Shown: positions 37,731-53,400, counted from the first letter of the stretch. The stretch is DNA of 64,000 nucleotides from Balanoglossus misakiensis (GCA_040954595.2 CM082583.2:12139222-12203221), one strand, 5' to 3'. The notes: generated from the sequence alone by a model not told the origin. Numbers and translations: made by a program.

Positions 37731-40700
37731 ACAGCCTTCTTTAAACGACCGTGGCTTCACACTACTGCCTTTGTTACCCAAATCACACAAACATCGACAC
37801 TTAGATCACCTGTTTTCCTGTTCCGCAAGGAACGGTCCCAAGAAACCGATTCAACTTTGTTATACAGTAGGAAATTCCGAATTCGATTGGGCGCATCTCA
37901 CATGGGGCTGCAATAAACCCTGACTGCAATACAAAATACAGATTTAACCTCCTGTCCAATTTTCTTTCCTTAATTTCTCCTGACATCTCAATTCCACGTC
38001 CGCGTTCCACGTGAAATAAGACATTCTCTCTACACGAAACCAATCTCTGTGACGTGTTCACCGTCTTTGTTTTTCAGACTGCTATGTCTAGATTCATCTG
38101 CGGTTTATCCGTCACGTTGAAATTGACATGCAGGTCTTGCAAAGATATTACGGCAAAACAAACGAAATTCCACGGTCATTAGACCGCTCCTTTTTTCTAG
38201 AGAATGTCTGCGTCCTGATGTATGAACAAGTAATCGCGGCGTCCAAATAGAGACCAAGTCCCGTGTTTCTTTCGCGAGTGACCGTTATTAATCTAAAACC
38301 AGACGCAAACCACCCTTAAAATATCATGGTCGGTCAGGATTTGATTATTTTCCAATTTTATCCGAAACAATCGGTCTTTATTTCAATTAAGCGGGGGATA
38401 TTTTTAGATAAATGTACACGTTGAATTTATCGCATCCAGTTGGGGAAATGGACACAAGCAATGTAGATAATATACCACAGGCAGGGGAAAGTATGAAAAT
38501 AGCCACACCGTAATTTATCCATATGGACGGAACAAAACAACAATAGAAGTAATCACAGTGCCGAACTAAATCGAGCGAAATTCGCCACACACTTGAATTC
38601 TGCGGGCAGATTTTCCGCTATCCAAACTTTCACTAAATGCACCGAATTTCTGGTTCATAATCTTGTTCGTTTTCCCCAGCCAAATTGCAATTTTCGTTCG
38701 AATGAAAACAAATTGGACTGCCTGAGAGCGTACGTATGGATGGGGGCAGCAACGCGCTTACTGTAATGACAACAGCCGGCGAATTGACTCATCACTCGAA
38801 AACTGCCAATCGCGCGGATTATCCCCGCATCCCCGTCTTGCGTGGATATTGCCCCCCCCCCTGTCTCCCCCAAGTTTAGTCCTCGTTGCGGCCAAATCTC
38901 TGAAGTTTTGTCAGAGCTAAAGGTATATTCGCAACAACAGAAGAGGTTTGTCGCGTTGTCCGTAAACACACCACGGTGCCTCCCGTGCCCCGTATTCAAA
39001 TTGATAACATTCGCCGCATTGTCAATTTCAAGACCACACAATATAACATTAAAAATAAAGAATAGCGTTCGTGTGCGACCATGACTCATGAACAAAATCG
39101 ATTACTTTCTGTTATCGAAAAATATATGTATAACAAATATGAAATGGCTATGAAAAATATCAGAACATTTCGCCTCTGGAAAAATGGCCATGGGGAATGA
39201 AGCTGTCAACATCTGCTATGACAGGTTCGCCGTGAACATGGTTCGCCGTGACACATGGTGACGACGATCGACCGTGTCAATTATTGCAGATTACATAACG
39301 TAGGCACGCGACTTGCAAATCCAAATTGTATCTTCACGAGACAGAAGTGTACGGAACTGAAACTTGCGATTGTCACCGATTTGGCGACAGCTTGACGATA
39401 CAGCACGCAGATATAAATCCGTCCGCCATTTTGCGGGTGCCAAGTATATCGCGTACATTGTCGTCGGCTGTGGATATTTAGCACGGAAATAGAAAATTCC
39501 ATTTCGTGAAATGTCCTGAAGATGGGGCTACGGTAAACGACATCGCTATCATTTTTTTGCGTCTTCGAAAGATGGGGATTTTACTGGCGTCTGGTGCATC
39601 GTCGCCTCTCCCCCCCCCCCTCACATGACCTTTACAAAGATGTTGACAGAAAATAACCCGTCACCAGTGAGGCGAGTGAATTCAGCATCAGCGTATTTTC
39701 GTTATGCAAATCGGCACGGTGGATGCCAATAAAACGATTTTACGGTAATCCGCGACGATAAAAGAAAGCAGAGAGAATAGAAACCTTCTTAAGAAAATTA
39801 CCTTTCAGTGGTTGTCGGTTAAATAATTACTCGGACATAAACAGTTTGAGTGTTGAGGGGCGATGCCAGTCCTTACGGCTTGAATTTCTCGAATGTTGTG
39901 CAAGTCTAGGGCTTCATAAGTCTAGGGCTTCATATGCAGTGATGGAAAACACGGTTGCACCAAGGCCTATAGCGTGAAATCACAATGGTGGCAGCGGCCC
40001 TTGAGGTATGCGTCGCATCGCCTCAGACGGGTATCGTCCAAGCTGTTTCCCCCCTCGGTGGGTCCCGGGGCTCCGGTCAGCCAGGCGACCCGTGCAGGGC
40101 GTCCGGCGGCGTGGTCTGCAGCTCCCGGCGGAGGAATCGCCCGTCTGGGGCGTTTGGGGGAGGCGTTCGAGAAAGCAGATGTGAGGCCAGGGTGGACCCC
40201 CATGACCACCTCTGTAGCACCGGTCATAATGATTCATGCGGAGCTGATCTCACTAAACACTACACGTTGACATTTAACCACTGTTGGCCGCTATTGACAG
40301 ACCCCTCCATCGTTTCTGGTCCACAGTCACAGCAAACTTCCACTCAACTTTTTAACCTATAAACACCAGTATTGGCTCTTCGATTTGCCCCCTTACTGAA
40401 ACACACAGCCACGAAGTTACCTTTACGAGCAAGCTAAAGTTTTCTTTTCTTAAAGGCTTCTTGACATTTTTTCTTAAGCCCGGCGTTGTAATCGGCCACT
40501 TAACCCTTTAAATAAAAGATCAAGGTCTGAAGAGGCTTTGTTACAAGTGAACGGAGAGAAATGTCCTTCCACCATTCCAGATATTCCATTCCTTTATATA
40601 CCGATTATTTATACAACTCTTCCATTTTTTTTAAAAGACACGATTTAGGAAAAAAATAAGACGCAAGAAAAAAGTTTGAGACGTTCTGTAAGCCGGAGAA

Positions 40701-42837
40701 GTTGGAGATTCTCCGCTCAATTTCACACACCGTATCCAATTTGTCATGGTCTTTTGTTTAAGTGTGAAGTAGTAATAGTTGACGGGTGCTTGCCGTGCCC
40801 ATCGCCTCAAGTGGAATAACGGGAATCCGTCGACGACCCAATATTTCCTCGCCTTTCTGCACGTTTTATGGAGTGATTCGCCAAGGGTGAGATAACTAGA
40901 TTTGTAGACTTCTTTGCAACTGGCTAGGGCTAATCCAGACCTCTTTAGTATTCATATCTCGACTTTCTGCGATGCATTTGGAGGGGGGAGTCTTCTTCTT
41001 CGTTTTTATCATTCAAGGCAGAATTGATTACTGAGAACCCCCGCGTATGTTTTTTTTCCTAGCGCGGGGGAAATTATTTGACCGAGGCGTCTGTGTATAA
41101 ATATATATATATAAGCTTACTCATTGCATTCGCCGGAGTCTGTGTTAGTCAGTACAAGCCTTGCGTTTAAAGACCCCCCGGTCTCCCTAGCGAATTCGAC
41201 CTTTTCCATGTTCTCGAGTCCCATCATGTGTTCAATTCGCTATATGCTGCTTGTATAATAACAACGCGTCTTTCAGCTTGAGCGAGCACGCTTAGCGACT
41301 CCAACAACATTTCGGACCAATTTTTAATGGGTTCGCCGGGCGCGCTGTTTCGCGCACTGGAAAGAACACAATAAGTACGCGATCTCGGTTTACCCTGCCT
41401 CTAAAGAAATACATGCTTTCTTGCGCCAGTAATTCCCCAGAACACCGTCTAATATTACAAACCATTGTATCCTCAATAGTTTATTCACATTGTCTGAGTT
41501 TTATGCAGAACGGTGCGCGTGGTACTAAGTATCAGTTTACCAATCAAACACTAAACATTTTTGTTCGCGCTCTAAGTCTAAGTCGGTTACCGCAATCCTT
41601 TCCAGCGACAACTAATCGTCTGATCCAAATATTTAATCTAAAATCGAACCCGGATTTATCCAAGTATCGGCTAATCAAGTTCCTCGTCATACCCACTACC
41701 TTCGTATGAACTTACTCGTTGTCCCTTGCTCCACCGTCATAATCATCCCGGCTCTTCAGTATTTTTTTACACTGCAACATTTCAACGAAAACAAAATGCC
41801 AATTTCCCGGTGATGATATTTCTGAATTTATTTCTTTTATTAAACACAGATAACCTGGCTATCATGATAGGAATGCATAATTTGCTCCCCTGTGCCCAAT
41901 ATCACTGACAGAAATTACCGGAAGGTACTGGCTTCACAAATTGTGCAGATTCCTTTCAGAATGCCCTGACTGTAGCGTCGTCGTTTTGCACCCCCATGTA
42001 ATCGTTGCTTTATGCATATTTAATAATCTTCCATTACTGTGGGGTTTTATGTATCTCCATAAAGCTGAAAAAAAACCCCTTTATATTCTGCGATTGCATA
42101 ATGGTTTATGAATGATAAATATTACTCAATATATTCTCTCTCTTTTTCTGAGAAAACTTTTTGAACGCGTGAAAATCCCATACTTACTAATTCGAGTTTT
42201 TACATTAAGAGCTATGTAACTCTGTTTACGTTTTATGATCCTGTTTTTGGTAATTTTTTGTATTATCGTGGACGGACGTGTCGAAATCTTGGTGTTTTGT
42301 TGCCAAAAATTGATTGGTTCCAACGTTTCTGTCTCCATGTCGACAATGCACATATTTCTTAAACTGGCAATTTCGCGACACCCCTATTATAATGCACACA
42401 CAACACGGACAGGGGCAGCCATGATGACAGGCGAGCTGTATTTATCTTAAAATCCTTCCAACCATAAATCAGAAAATTAACGAATTTATTTTTGATGATG
42501 GGCCGACGTGTGGAGAATTCGACGCATGCTCTTGTCCAATGTGTATTAAAGACGAGTGACATCATATCGGCGCTTAAATTTCTGCCTGATTTAGCTTATT
42601 CAACAAAGACAAATTTGAAAAGTAAACCCTTAAATATGCACTTTCGGCAGAGCACACAATGGATGAGTCCAGTCTTGCAAACTGCGCGCCATCTCGGTTC
42701 ACATCGTTGCGATATGCATCAAAGTCGCGTCGAATTATTCTATCGATGCCTCAATTTCCCCTCCGCAATAGGCTACACCAGCAAAAACGTCGCAAACAAC
42801 TGCTGTTATTATTATTATCTAAATTTGGTCAAAGTGT

Positions 42838-43020
42838 CCCTCCCTCTCCCTTCTGTCTGTAACTCTGTGTCTCTCTATCTTAGCCTCTCTGTGTTTCTGT
42901 CGTCTATGTTTTTTCTATCATTCCGTCTCTATCTCTCTCTTTGTTTCACTCTGATTCAGTCTGCACGCTCTCCCCTCTTTCTCTCTCCCCTCCCTCCCTC
43001 CCTCCCTCCCCCTCTCTCAC
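42838..43020. repeat. Degenerate CT-rich low-complexity tract
   Basis: Directly visible. Confidence 0.8.
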
Positions 43021-45807
43021 TGTACCTGCTTTTGGTCAAATATCAAGACTAGTCCCCAGACTCTCTTCAAAGACTCGAATACTGCGATATCATCTCAAAA
43101 GGTGGAAACATCGAAGGCCCTCCATATGCAGGGGTACCTGGCGGTTCCCTTGGTGATTTCTTATCTAAATGACCGGGTCGGCTTGGTCCCCATATCAATT
43201 CCCAGGTTTTTGACAGAGCTGTCTTCCTGATAAAAAACACAAATCCCGGGACAGACCGGTATTCCACGTCACGATGAAATATGGTCTCCTTCATCATACC
43301 TTCGTCGTTTGGAAAGAAAAGCAACCGGGTATATTTTTTATTGAAGACTGAAATTTCGTATTTTATAAGTAATAAATTTGTCTCCTCCCTCGTATCGTCC
43401 ATCTTTTTGGACCATAAAACTGTACTTTTAAAGTTTAATGTTGTATAGGATAATTCTGTCGTAAATTACTGAATCCGATGATCGCTGACGAGTGGATTTT
43501 AAAGATGATGTATATTTACATTAAAAATTTCGACGAAGAGACGTAGTAATGGGGGATAAAAATGATGAAACGGGCCATCAATCCCTTTGTATAATGGTTC
43601 ACACCCCAGCAGTAGCATATAGAAGATGCTGCCTACAGTGCATCCTTGTCTTTTGGCGGGGTGTTTTTGCGTCAGATTTTCCCTTCTGCTTTCTTTTGTA
43701 TAAAGTCTTGTTCCCGAAATGCCAAATCGTTTGATTTGTCTGTGATGTGTTCGAAGTCCTGGGATTACATAAAGTTTTTGCGTGGTGGGCACACACGTCA
43801 TCATGATTAGACAATCCCTTTGTTCTTCCCGTGGCACGAAAGACAGAATATATGTCGTTTTTTTCTAAATCATTATTAAAATGTCCACCAAGCATCGCCG
43901 TTTACAACAATCGTTTCTCCCTCATTTCCAACTCAAAGGCAAAAAGTACAACAATGGCGGACATTATAATGGTTCACAGTGTGTACAACTTTTAAGAATA
44001 TCTATAATCATGGCCGTTTTTTCAACTCAGCAGGGAAACACGCGAGTTTGGCCAAAGTCGCGGTGCTTAGCCAATCCTATCAAACGCATTATCGACGGAT
44101 TGTTTTAATCCCTCGCCAAAGCACAGCTGGATTCGTGTTCAGTGTTTTTTCGAGAATCATCTTACAGCAGCTTAATAATATTTTTGTGAATAAAGAACGC
44201 GTGTCTCCATTACTGTGATCACGAAGAAATCGAAAGAAGGGGAAAAATTCAAAATTTTATCGTCTGCGACAAAGACGACAAACAGACATTATGTGACTCA
44301 TATTTTGTCGCCTTGCCCGTACCACTCTACATTTTCGCCACTGAAACGGACTCGTACTCTCGCCGCAACGACCTATTCTCTCCCTGGTAATTCCATTCCG
44401 TTTCAGCATCATCAATTGCCCATAGCCTACACCAAGGTTAGTATCGTCATATACGAGATCAAATCACACATCTCTTTGATGATAATTAAGGGGATATCGG
44501 GTGATTAGCGGTCTGTCGATGTCCCTATCAATCCCTGGTTTGTTAGTTAGTATTCAAATTCCTCAAAATCGTCCGCCATATGTGGTTAGTTTTTTTGCGG
44601 CACCGTTTCGATCGGTAAACACGAAAACATGAAATGTTATATCTCGAACTTACCAAATACCGACAATTCTAGATCGCTATTCTGTAAAATTTGCCTTTCG
44701 AGAAAAACACACCCGCTGAGTTTTCACTATTACTTCCGCCGCGTGCCTATATTTCAGGGTGTCTAATTTATGTAGATTATACGGAGGCACGGTGAATTCG
44801 CCAATATTTTAGCATTTAGTTGCTAAACTTTAAACAGTGGTGAACGCATTGGAAAAATGATAATCATCGTTCGTTGTTTGGACCACTAAATATTTTTGGA
44901 TTACACGCTTGCATTATTAATTTTCAAATAAACCCGTAAATCACAAGCGGTTGTAAGACGCGGACAATGTACACTCTCTGATTGAGTATGTTTCAATTTG
45001 AAACTTCACGTGCGCATAGTTTTTATGACCAAACTTGTTGGCACTGGAAATGCACGTCTCAACCAGCGACGGATATTTGTTTGCCCCTGTTTACCTATAT
45101 GAAAAATTCTCGAGAAAAAAAAACAGATTGCCAATCGGAAATTGTGGCAGATGTGTTGTAGAAATTTGAAATTACAATCGTGTCACGGCTGTACGCTTAC
45201 CCCGTTCAAGGTGAACGCGAACCGGCAAACCTCGACGGCAGAAGGGTTGGTTTATATAATAAAAATAAATTCCCGCTGAATAAATGTTTACACTGATCGC
45301 CGATATGTTGACGTGGAACGTACACAGATTCGCTCCTTGTTCTTACAAGTGGGGATTCAAGTGCTCTCCGATATCGAAGTTCTATAATGAAGTCTCCATT
45401 CGCAACAATGCTTTTTTTCTCTCTGACCTTACAGCTTAACAATATTTATCTATACGACGACAAAAGTGGAATCTTTTCTTTAAAACACAAATGACGCTAT
45501 ATCACACGAAGGGAACGGTTTCTGCCAACACGAAACAAATAATTGTTCGTTTTTGATCAAATAATTATCTTTTAACTGTTGTCTCGTTTGAACTCGAAAA
45601 TTGTTGTGTCAACCTTTCAGTATCTGTGCTATCTGTTTTAATTTTGCAGAAGTGTTCTAGCGAGTGAGCACGGCATAGTCACAAAACATGCAGCCTAACA
45701 ATGTCGCCAACGCTTCTGCGCAATAAATCGTAAGGCATCGACAGCAAGCAAAGGTTTGCTAACCTAACTCTATGAAACTAATGTATTATGAGTAACCTAT
45801 ACCTCAG

Positions 45808-45952
45808 TATACAAACATACACCTGAACAATACATACACACACACTACAATATATATGTATGTATTTATATAATGTATATGTAACATATATATGTTATAT
45901 ACATGTATATAATATACTAGTATATAACTTATATATAACATATATACACACA
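45808..45952. repeat. Degenerate (TA)n/(CA)n tract
   Basis: Directly visible. Confidence 0.85.
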
Positions 45953-48900
45953 TTGACCTCGGAAACTCCAAGGGATAAGAATTTCAAGTCCATCACTTTA
46001 AGTATTCAATGCAAATTGAAAGTCGACTGATTTTACCGGGGAGATAAGACTTTCAATAACATATCAAGTCGACTGTGAAAAAAGCATTTTTAAAGCGTAG
46101 AGTCGCCTTTTTGTCTCGTGCTTACAAAAAATGAAATTATGATTGTATTGCTTAATCGTAACTGGTTTTAGGCCTATTCAAACATTAATACATTCAGAGG
46201 TTGAAACAGTGAGCAGACGACGAAAAATGCACGCCGGTTCAGAGCTCGAATAGACGGGTCAGGGTTTGAATTTTTTTTTGTTTCCCTCCCCCATATTCCG
46301 GCATTTGTGGAGCGAGTTAGTTAGTTAGTCGCCGCTGGATCGCTGTGGAGGTTGCGACCCCCATCCACGGCTCGCATCTCCATCACCATAATAATGAAAC
46401 TCATCGCTCACGCCTGATACCACCCAAGTGGGTTTCTTCCATCAACAAGATACACACATTGACTCACATATGAAGCCCGGGTCCAAAGAAAATGTGTATT
46501 TCACCTCTTAATATGTAAATTTCACCAAGAAATCAAATGTGCGGTAAAATGTTTGTTTTCAGAACCCCCCCCCCCCCCATCTTTTTTGTCTTACGAAAGC
46601 CTACAGAATATCCAACGATAAGTCTGGTGTGTTTTGTCGAATTCATAAGCATACGTCTTGTATTTTTTGACATATGGGGGGACTAAACGCGCGACATCTT
46701 CTGTGCAAATCCCGCAAAATTTACAGCTTTCGTCGATACGACTGTCTTTTATTTCCTGATCGTGTGAAAAAAGCGTCGCGTTTTCTGAGATAAGCTCTTT
46801 TATCTCGTGTCAAATCGAGAAAACATGCCATATTCTCGCCACAAATCACAAGGACCCGTCATCACCATGCAAATTCGTCAGAACAGCCGAACCACTGGAC
46901 CGCCTCGTATTTAGGCTGCAGTGGTGTAGCCCAGTTATTTTTTTCCTCATTTCGATTCGGTAAAGTGAAATCGAGTGGGATTTTTGAAAGACTCGTTTTG
47001 ACAAGTATACTCAGGGTTGGGATAATAAAGAGAAATTTACTGGCTCTTAAAGGCGCCTGGCACGATGTCCATTTCAGCAGAAATTGAAAATCGCAAAGGT
47101 ATATTCCAAGATCCCCACTTTATGTTTTTTTCCAGCTAACATATATTTATTGTTTCAGCCTGAATATCAATAAAAAATGCCCCAGCGAAATATTGAGGAA
47201 ATTATTTCCCGTGTTTGCAGTAGATGGCTTGGTCACTGGGGTGAAGCCAAGTTACGAATTCGAGACACGTGGCTTGGTCAGCTTCTGTGGATTATGATTC
47301 AAACTTTATTCTCTTCGCCGTTTCAAGGTTTGAAACCTGATAGGCGACCAGTATTGGCACCGGCGGTCGCTCCCTCCGCCCGCCCATCCCCAAAACCCCA
47401 ACCAAATTAACACAAACCAAGCTGCACGGTGAAACCGATGGAGACCGACCGGCCACGCACCATCTACGAATATGCAAATGTACAGAGTATTAAAATAACC
47501 TTCATGAATTGCAAATCCAACGACACTTGTTGTTAAATTTTCAATATCTAAATTGAGTTTGTAGAGCATGATAATAGCGCGCCCGCGTAACCTTGGAACC
47601 ATACTCGCTTGGGTGTTGCAGATGGAAGCATCCATACTCAGATAAACCGTGAACAGGAGATTACTGTGTCACCACCTCCAAATTGGATAAAAACAGCCCT
47701 GGCGATAAGTCCTGCACCAACTTAGGCATTGTCAATTCTGCCAAACATTTTGCGTTGATTTTGGCGAATTTACTCTAAAATTGTTTTCTGCTTTAAAAAT
47801 ATCGCCACATTTACAGGGATTTATAAATCCTCGAACAGAGCTGATCAGATTAAAACCGTGAATCTGCAAAACCCACTCGATGAAGTTTGATATTCAGGCC
47901 TGAATAGATTAATTCATAAAAATAAACAGCTCGTGGGTCATTCTTTAAATTTGAACAAAGGACATAATGAGGTATTAAGCCCTAATTGGGTATTGTTATC
48001 CGTTTAGTCTGTGTTAGGAATAAAATACGCACACACACACGTGCGCGCGCTCCAAGCAGTCGGAATAAAAACTCGACATTTCGACATGATGATTCTGGGT
48101 TCGGATTATGCGCGCGCGGTCGACCCTTTGCACACCTATGAGCGAATTTATGGCCCGCCGGAAGCAGAATGTTCCGATTGGCAAATTATCGCCCGTCATT
48201 TCAACTCAAACTTGAGGTTGAACCGCGGCGACCTTCATTAAATAGGAGGAGGCCGCGTAGAGAATGGCAAATTTATGAGTTCTCTATTAATCCTTATCAG
48301 ATAGGGAATCACACGAAGCCCTCTGAGAAACCGTTGACACATCACATCGCCCGTTGAAACAAGAGTTCATAGTTGCCCCCTTTCTGAAAGAAGTCGTTTG
48401 CATAATATTTGCGTTACTTTTTATTGCTTATCGCCTTATATATATCATATGAATAGCGTATGATAAACTTTGACTTTTTATTATGAAAATAAATCCTTTC
48501 TTCGGCTCAACGACTGTTTAATTTTTGAATTGATTTTATAGGTATTTCAAAAGAATTAAGTGACTCGCCGTGTTTATGTTGTTTCATTTGGTGCTAACAG
48601 GAGACTACAAGTTTTAGCACCTCTCGCTTATTGGTAATATCTTTCCACCACTCGTTGCAGTCGTAACAACTCGTGCGCATGGGCAAAGATCATGCGAAAG
48701 TGACCATTTCGCGGTCGTTAAAATCAAACCGAAAAAATGAATTTCGCCTGCTCGTCATCATTCTTGGCGAACGTTATTGCAAGCGCAAAAAATGAATTAC
48801 TACATTTATGAGTAAAAATACGAGAGCGAGGAGCGAGAACTCTTGACTTGGCAGAGCATGGCGTGTGACTGTTAGGATTAAGGTATTTGCACTGGGTTGT

Positions 48901-50386
48901 GCTGTGTCGAAGGCATAAAGCACCCCCCCCACCCACTCCCACGAGGGTTTTTATTTTGGTTTTCACCTGGTAAACCGCACGCACTTCCGACCAATAACCG
49001 TAAGAAATAACTGGTGTGTCGTTTTCAAGAAGGGGGGAGGACATTAATGCTCACCCTTCTAACGATCTTAACCATTCTGGAGGCATTATTTACGGCTTCC
49101 CCTCCACCTCAATTTCTCTGCGGAAATTTGTGCGTCGATATGAGACCGCGGATGTTGGCTTTCAGCTGCACAGGACGGTGGTCGACATTTGAGCGGGCAA
49201 CACCTGCAGCCGCACAATGATCCCAAACCGGCGTAGCCTTCAAAGAGCTTCCGATGTGCGCGCGACTCTGCCAGACACAAACGTCAGGCGAGAGAGCAAA
49301 TAAAAGAGCTGTGCATGTGAAAAATCGCTCCGCATGCACCGTGAAAGCCTCGAAGTGCGAAAATTCATCAAAGTTGCCGAGAAGATCAGGAAGCAACGTG
49401 GGGACGAGTGATGGATGGGACGGGCGATATTGTCCTAAGTACCGCTCAGCTGACAGACAGTAAAATCAAAACAGACAGTTAACGCACATTGTAAGCCTTA
49501 CACCTGTCAGTAAAGGAGGCACTAAGCGCACTGATCAACACATGCTTAACTCGCCCGTTATTCAGAGACAGAGAGAGAAAGAGAGAAAAACAGACATTTT
49601 ACTCAAATACATGAATATTGGCAGAAAGTAATGGCGGCTTCTGTGAGCGCTCCCTGTCCGCCAGACTGGACGGAATTGTATTAGAAACGCGGGGAGCGAG
49701 GCTAAATTGAGAATAACCATTTCGGCGTCGAGGGAAGGTATAATTTATGGAAATTCCATCTCGGTGACGCTTCGCAAAAACTTTTAATTAGACGCAAATT
49801 GTGCCGAAATGAAGGAAGTTCAGGGGAGCACGCAATTTGGCAGAAGGTAGCTTTGAGATAAACCGCACAGAATCTATCAAAAGTGTGATATTTATTGTTT
49901 TAAGGAGACTAGGGGCCTTGTGGAAGAGATGTTGACATTTTGAAGTCGTGGCCAATTTGATGAACTGTGGAACACACCTCACCTACGTGTGACGTTGTTT
50001 ACAGGTTCATTAAAAACACGGATCTCATGTATTTCAAATTTACTCGTCGAAATGTCAACCAACTGGCTACGGTTAAATTACTTCAACCAACTGAACACAC
50101 TAGATGTGTGCGAAAACGATATTTTTGACGAGATAACGCTAAAACAACACGCGCCGATATTTTAGTCGCGGTTTGACATCTATTTTGATAAGAGTGTAGA
50201 ATCTTGTTTTTTTATATTTGCACAAGATAGTAAAAATATGGGCCATCGTGCCACGATGGGTAATGTTTGAAATAGACATTTGCAGGCAGAATGCGGGGAT
50301 CGGGAAAACGAAGACATGGGTGGTGAATTAGAGAGAGAGACAAGCAGCTACACACACAAGTGATGACGAAACAAATGATGAAGTAA

Positions 50387-50436
50387 TGTCTGTCTGTCTG
50401 TCTGTCTGTATGTATGTATGTCTGTATGTATGTATC
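50387..50436. repeat. Compound (TGTC)n(TGTA)n microsatellite
   Basis: Directly visible. Confidence 0.9.
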
Positions 50437-53400
50437 TAAAGTATCTATGTGTATGCGTATCTGTTGCGTCTCTTTATGACTTCAGTTTTTCATGTTTAAC
50501 GTTGAAGTACTTGAAAGAATGGGATATTAATGCCATTATTCTTGACTGTCTCGAACTTAATTAGTCGTTTTGCAGAAAACCCTTTTAAGTGACGCTCTCC
50601 TGTGGCGTTCGCGGATATTTATTTGTCTGCCTTTGTCGATGAACTTGTGTCAATGCGGCCAGTAAAACGTAAAGGTGAGATAGTACGCGACTGACTCGAC
50701 GAGGGAAGGTTGAGATTTGTGGCGTTTAATTCCGGGTGGAATGAAGATGCAATGTGGCACATTTGAACTATTGTTTGTCGGTCGAGCCTTGTAAATAAAA
50801 CAGATGAGAAGGCCCGAAAGAATCCCATTTTGGCGGATTCTTTGAGACAGAATTGAAAATTCAGACACGTTTGCACGGCGCGCAGGCTGTATCTGTAAAC
50901 ATTACTGATGGGGAGGGAAAACAGTCGTGTCATCCGGTGGATTCTGACACTTTTGATAGTGCGTTTGGCACTTCGCGGCGCTTCCAGCAAGCGACCTCAC
51001 CACCCTGGAACCTGTGTCAGGTACGTCTGGCGAGAAAGAAACGGAAGCGCTCTCACCACAGGGAGCGCATCCGCAGGGTGGGGTCGCCGCCGCACTGTGG
51101 GATTTTGGACGGGGGATTTGTGAAATGTGTAATTAAAGGCGATGTTCTTGAGACATCATATCGACACTTTCGGTGAGTGGGAATCGATGTTAGATCAGTT
51201 AATAAAACCCATAGGTGCAGAGCCTGGCCTGTGGTAGCGATAACAGGGTTTTACATTCGCCCGACTGCTTCATCCGTCACGCGGCAAACGCCATTAATCA
51301 AAAGACACCCCTTAAACCAAGCAAATCGCTAGGCAAAGTCTCCCATTGCAATTAGCTTTACCAATCTCAAATATGAATCTACAATTAACATTATTCAAAT
51401 TCTAATTTCGCACTTGTCAGGTCCATTTCATTAAACCGCGCCGCGTCGAGAGGCGGGGGGGGGGGGACCCTGTCAGTACTGAAAAATGATACCCCCTGTA
51501 AAATGGCTGAAGGCTTGAATAGGTTAGCGGTAGGGGTGGCGGAGGGCCACTCGAGGGGCCAGGGATCCCGTTGGCGGGCATAACGCATAATTCCTCCGAC
51601 GAATCTATCATCCCGCTCAGATGAAGTGTAAACACGATCCCCTTTTCTTTCTGCTGGTCTATTTTCATTCAAAATTCATATAAGCAAAACTTTGCAGAAC
51701 GCCTGTCCTTATGGTCACGGCTTCTAAATTTAGCGCAGGGGCCGACGGTATAGATATCGCCCTGTACTCCGCTGTACATATTTCGGGCTATTGACTGGTA
51801 CACACATGCGGGATAATGGTTTTTGTCGCGTACTTACTTAGAGCGTATTTTCGATTTGAAACTTTCTAAAAGTGTTGCTGGTCTCTTTTAGGATAATTAC
51901 TTATGCTTTTCACTCGAATGTGATGGTACTCTGCAAAGATGACGTCAGTAGACGGACCGTACCGAGAACTGCTTTTAACCCTGCCGATTTCGAGCCAAAA
52001 AGTGAACATTAGCAATTTTTAGCTGTAGCGTATCACATTATTTTGAAAATCTTAGTTTTGTTTTAAAGTTCCGTATAAGTTATTATGTTTATGCACTCAT
52101 CTTGAGTCATATCCGGATTTCTTTTCATTTGTACAAGAAATGCCTGGACAATTATTTCAAAATGGTTGAAAAGGGTCGTGAATTTTGTCGAAACATGCAA
52201 AGAAAACTGAGGCGGCTGCGGATTTAACCCTTGTCATGTCTCGTTTTAAACCAACCGAGAGGGTAAAAATATTTAATCTTACCTTAGTCTAAAATTAGCC
52301 CGAAACCCCATAAAAGTTTGTGCACAATAAATGTACTTCGTCGCGCAAAGACATGGAAGCGCTGGCGTAAAATCTAAATTTCGAAAACAGGGATAGAAAA
52401 AAAGAAATGGCAAAATGAAGTCTTGAGCGCCCATACCAATCTGCTAATTCCCTCGACTTTATTTGAGCGGTATTATTTCTTCGTAACCAACACCACGGAT
52501 ACAATCAGATTTTAACATCACAGTTCAGCGAATTACAATGGATGTGGTGTTCTGGATCAAATCACTAGATATTTTCTCCCAACACTTTAAGATCCAGGAG
52601 CGTGTCGTGTCATGAACTTGGATGCTTAGCGCCGTTACTATTTTACCAATACGGCTTAGTTTATTCAATTGTTTGCATATTAAGGCGCAGCGGTGAATTT
52701 AAAACACGATATTCCACTATAGTACCTCCGTTTTCGCGACCGTGTTGAAATGAAACCATGCGCCACACCTCCATCTCGTGTGCATGGATATAACGCTACA
52801 ACATTTCAGGCCATCCATAAATATATTTGGTTTTCTTTTTTAAAACAAAAACCGTGTGTTATCCGCGCTTTGCTCAGAAAAATACCTCTATCTATGTTTA
52901 CCATATGCACAGACGGCTCTTTCGGTTTTAGCCTGTAACGTGTACAAACGCTGCAGTTTGAACCATTTTATTCAGATCTTCGCAGTTTGCGACGTGTCCT
53001 CCTTTATGAATATTTACACAACCAAGCCTTGTTTGAATCATCAACATTTGCGTCTCTGTCTGACAGAGGAGAGTACACGTTTTATTAAAGCGGCACTGAA
53101 GAGAAGCAAAGTCTCTTTGGCTGATATGTTTTTGGTTACCATTAGTAAAATGGATAACCTGGGGTTGCATTGCAAGAAAGGCACGTGGTTTTCTTGGGTT
53201 TTACTGGTGTTATGTGCCAGTTGAAACGCGGTTTATGATTGGCTATCGGGGCATTTCTCGACACATTCTTTGTTAGAATGATTAGTCGACCCACCTGTGA
53301 AATTGATCAATGGCAAATAAATTAATGAGTCACAATAAATAAATCATCTCTGAGTATGTCATCCTGTCGGATATGTTTATCTCTCGAGATAACTTAAGGA

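Noticed and set aside
39224-39256. Tandem duplication GGTTCGCCGTGA(C)ACAT x2
   Set aside because: Ordinary slippage-type microduplication with no further structure.
40525-40560. CTGAAGA...GAAC hammerhead-like core
   Set aside because: Lacks the GAAA and stems I/III. Other CTGANGA hits (e.g. 861) also fail.
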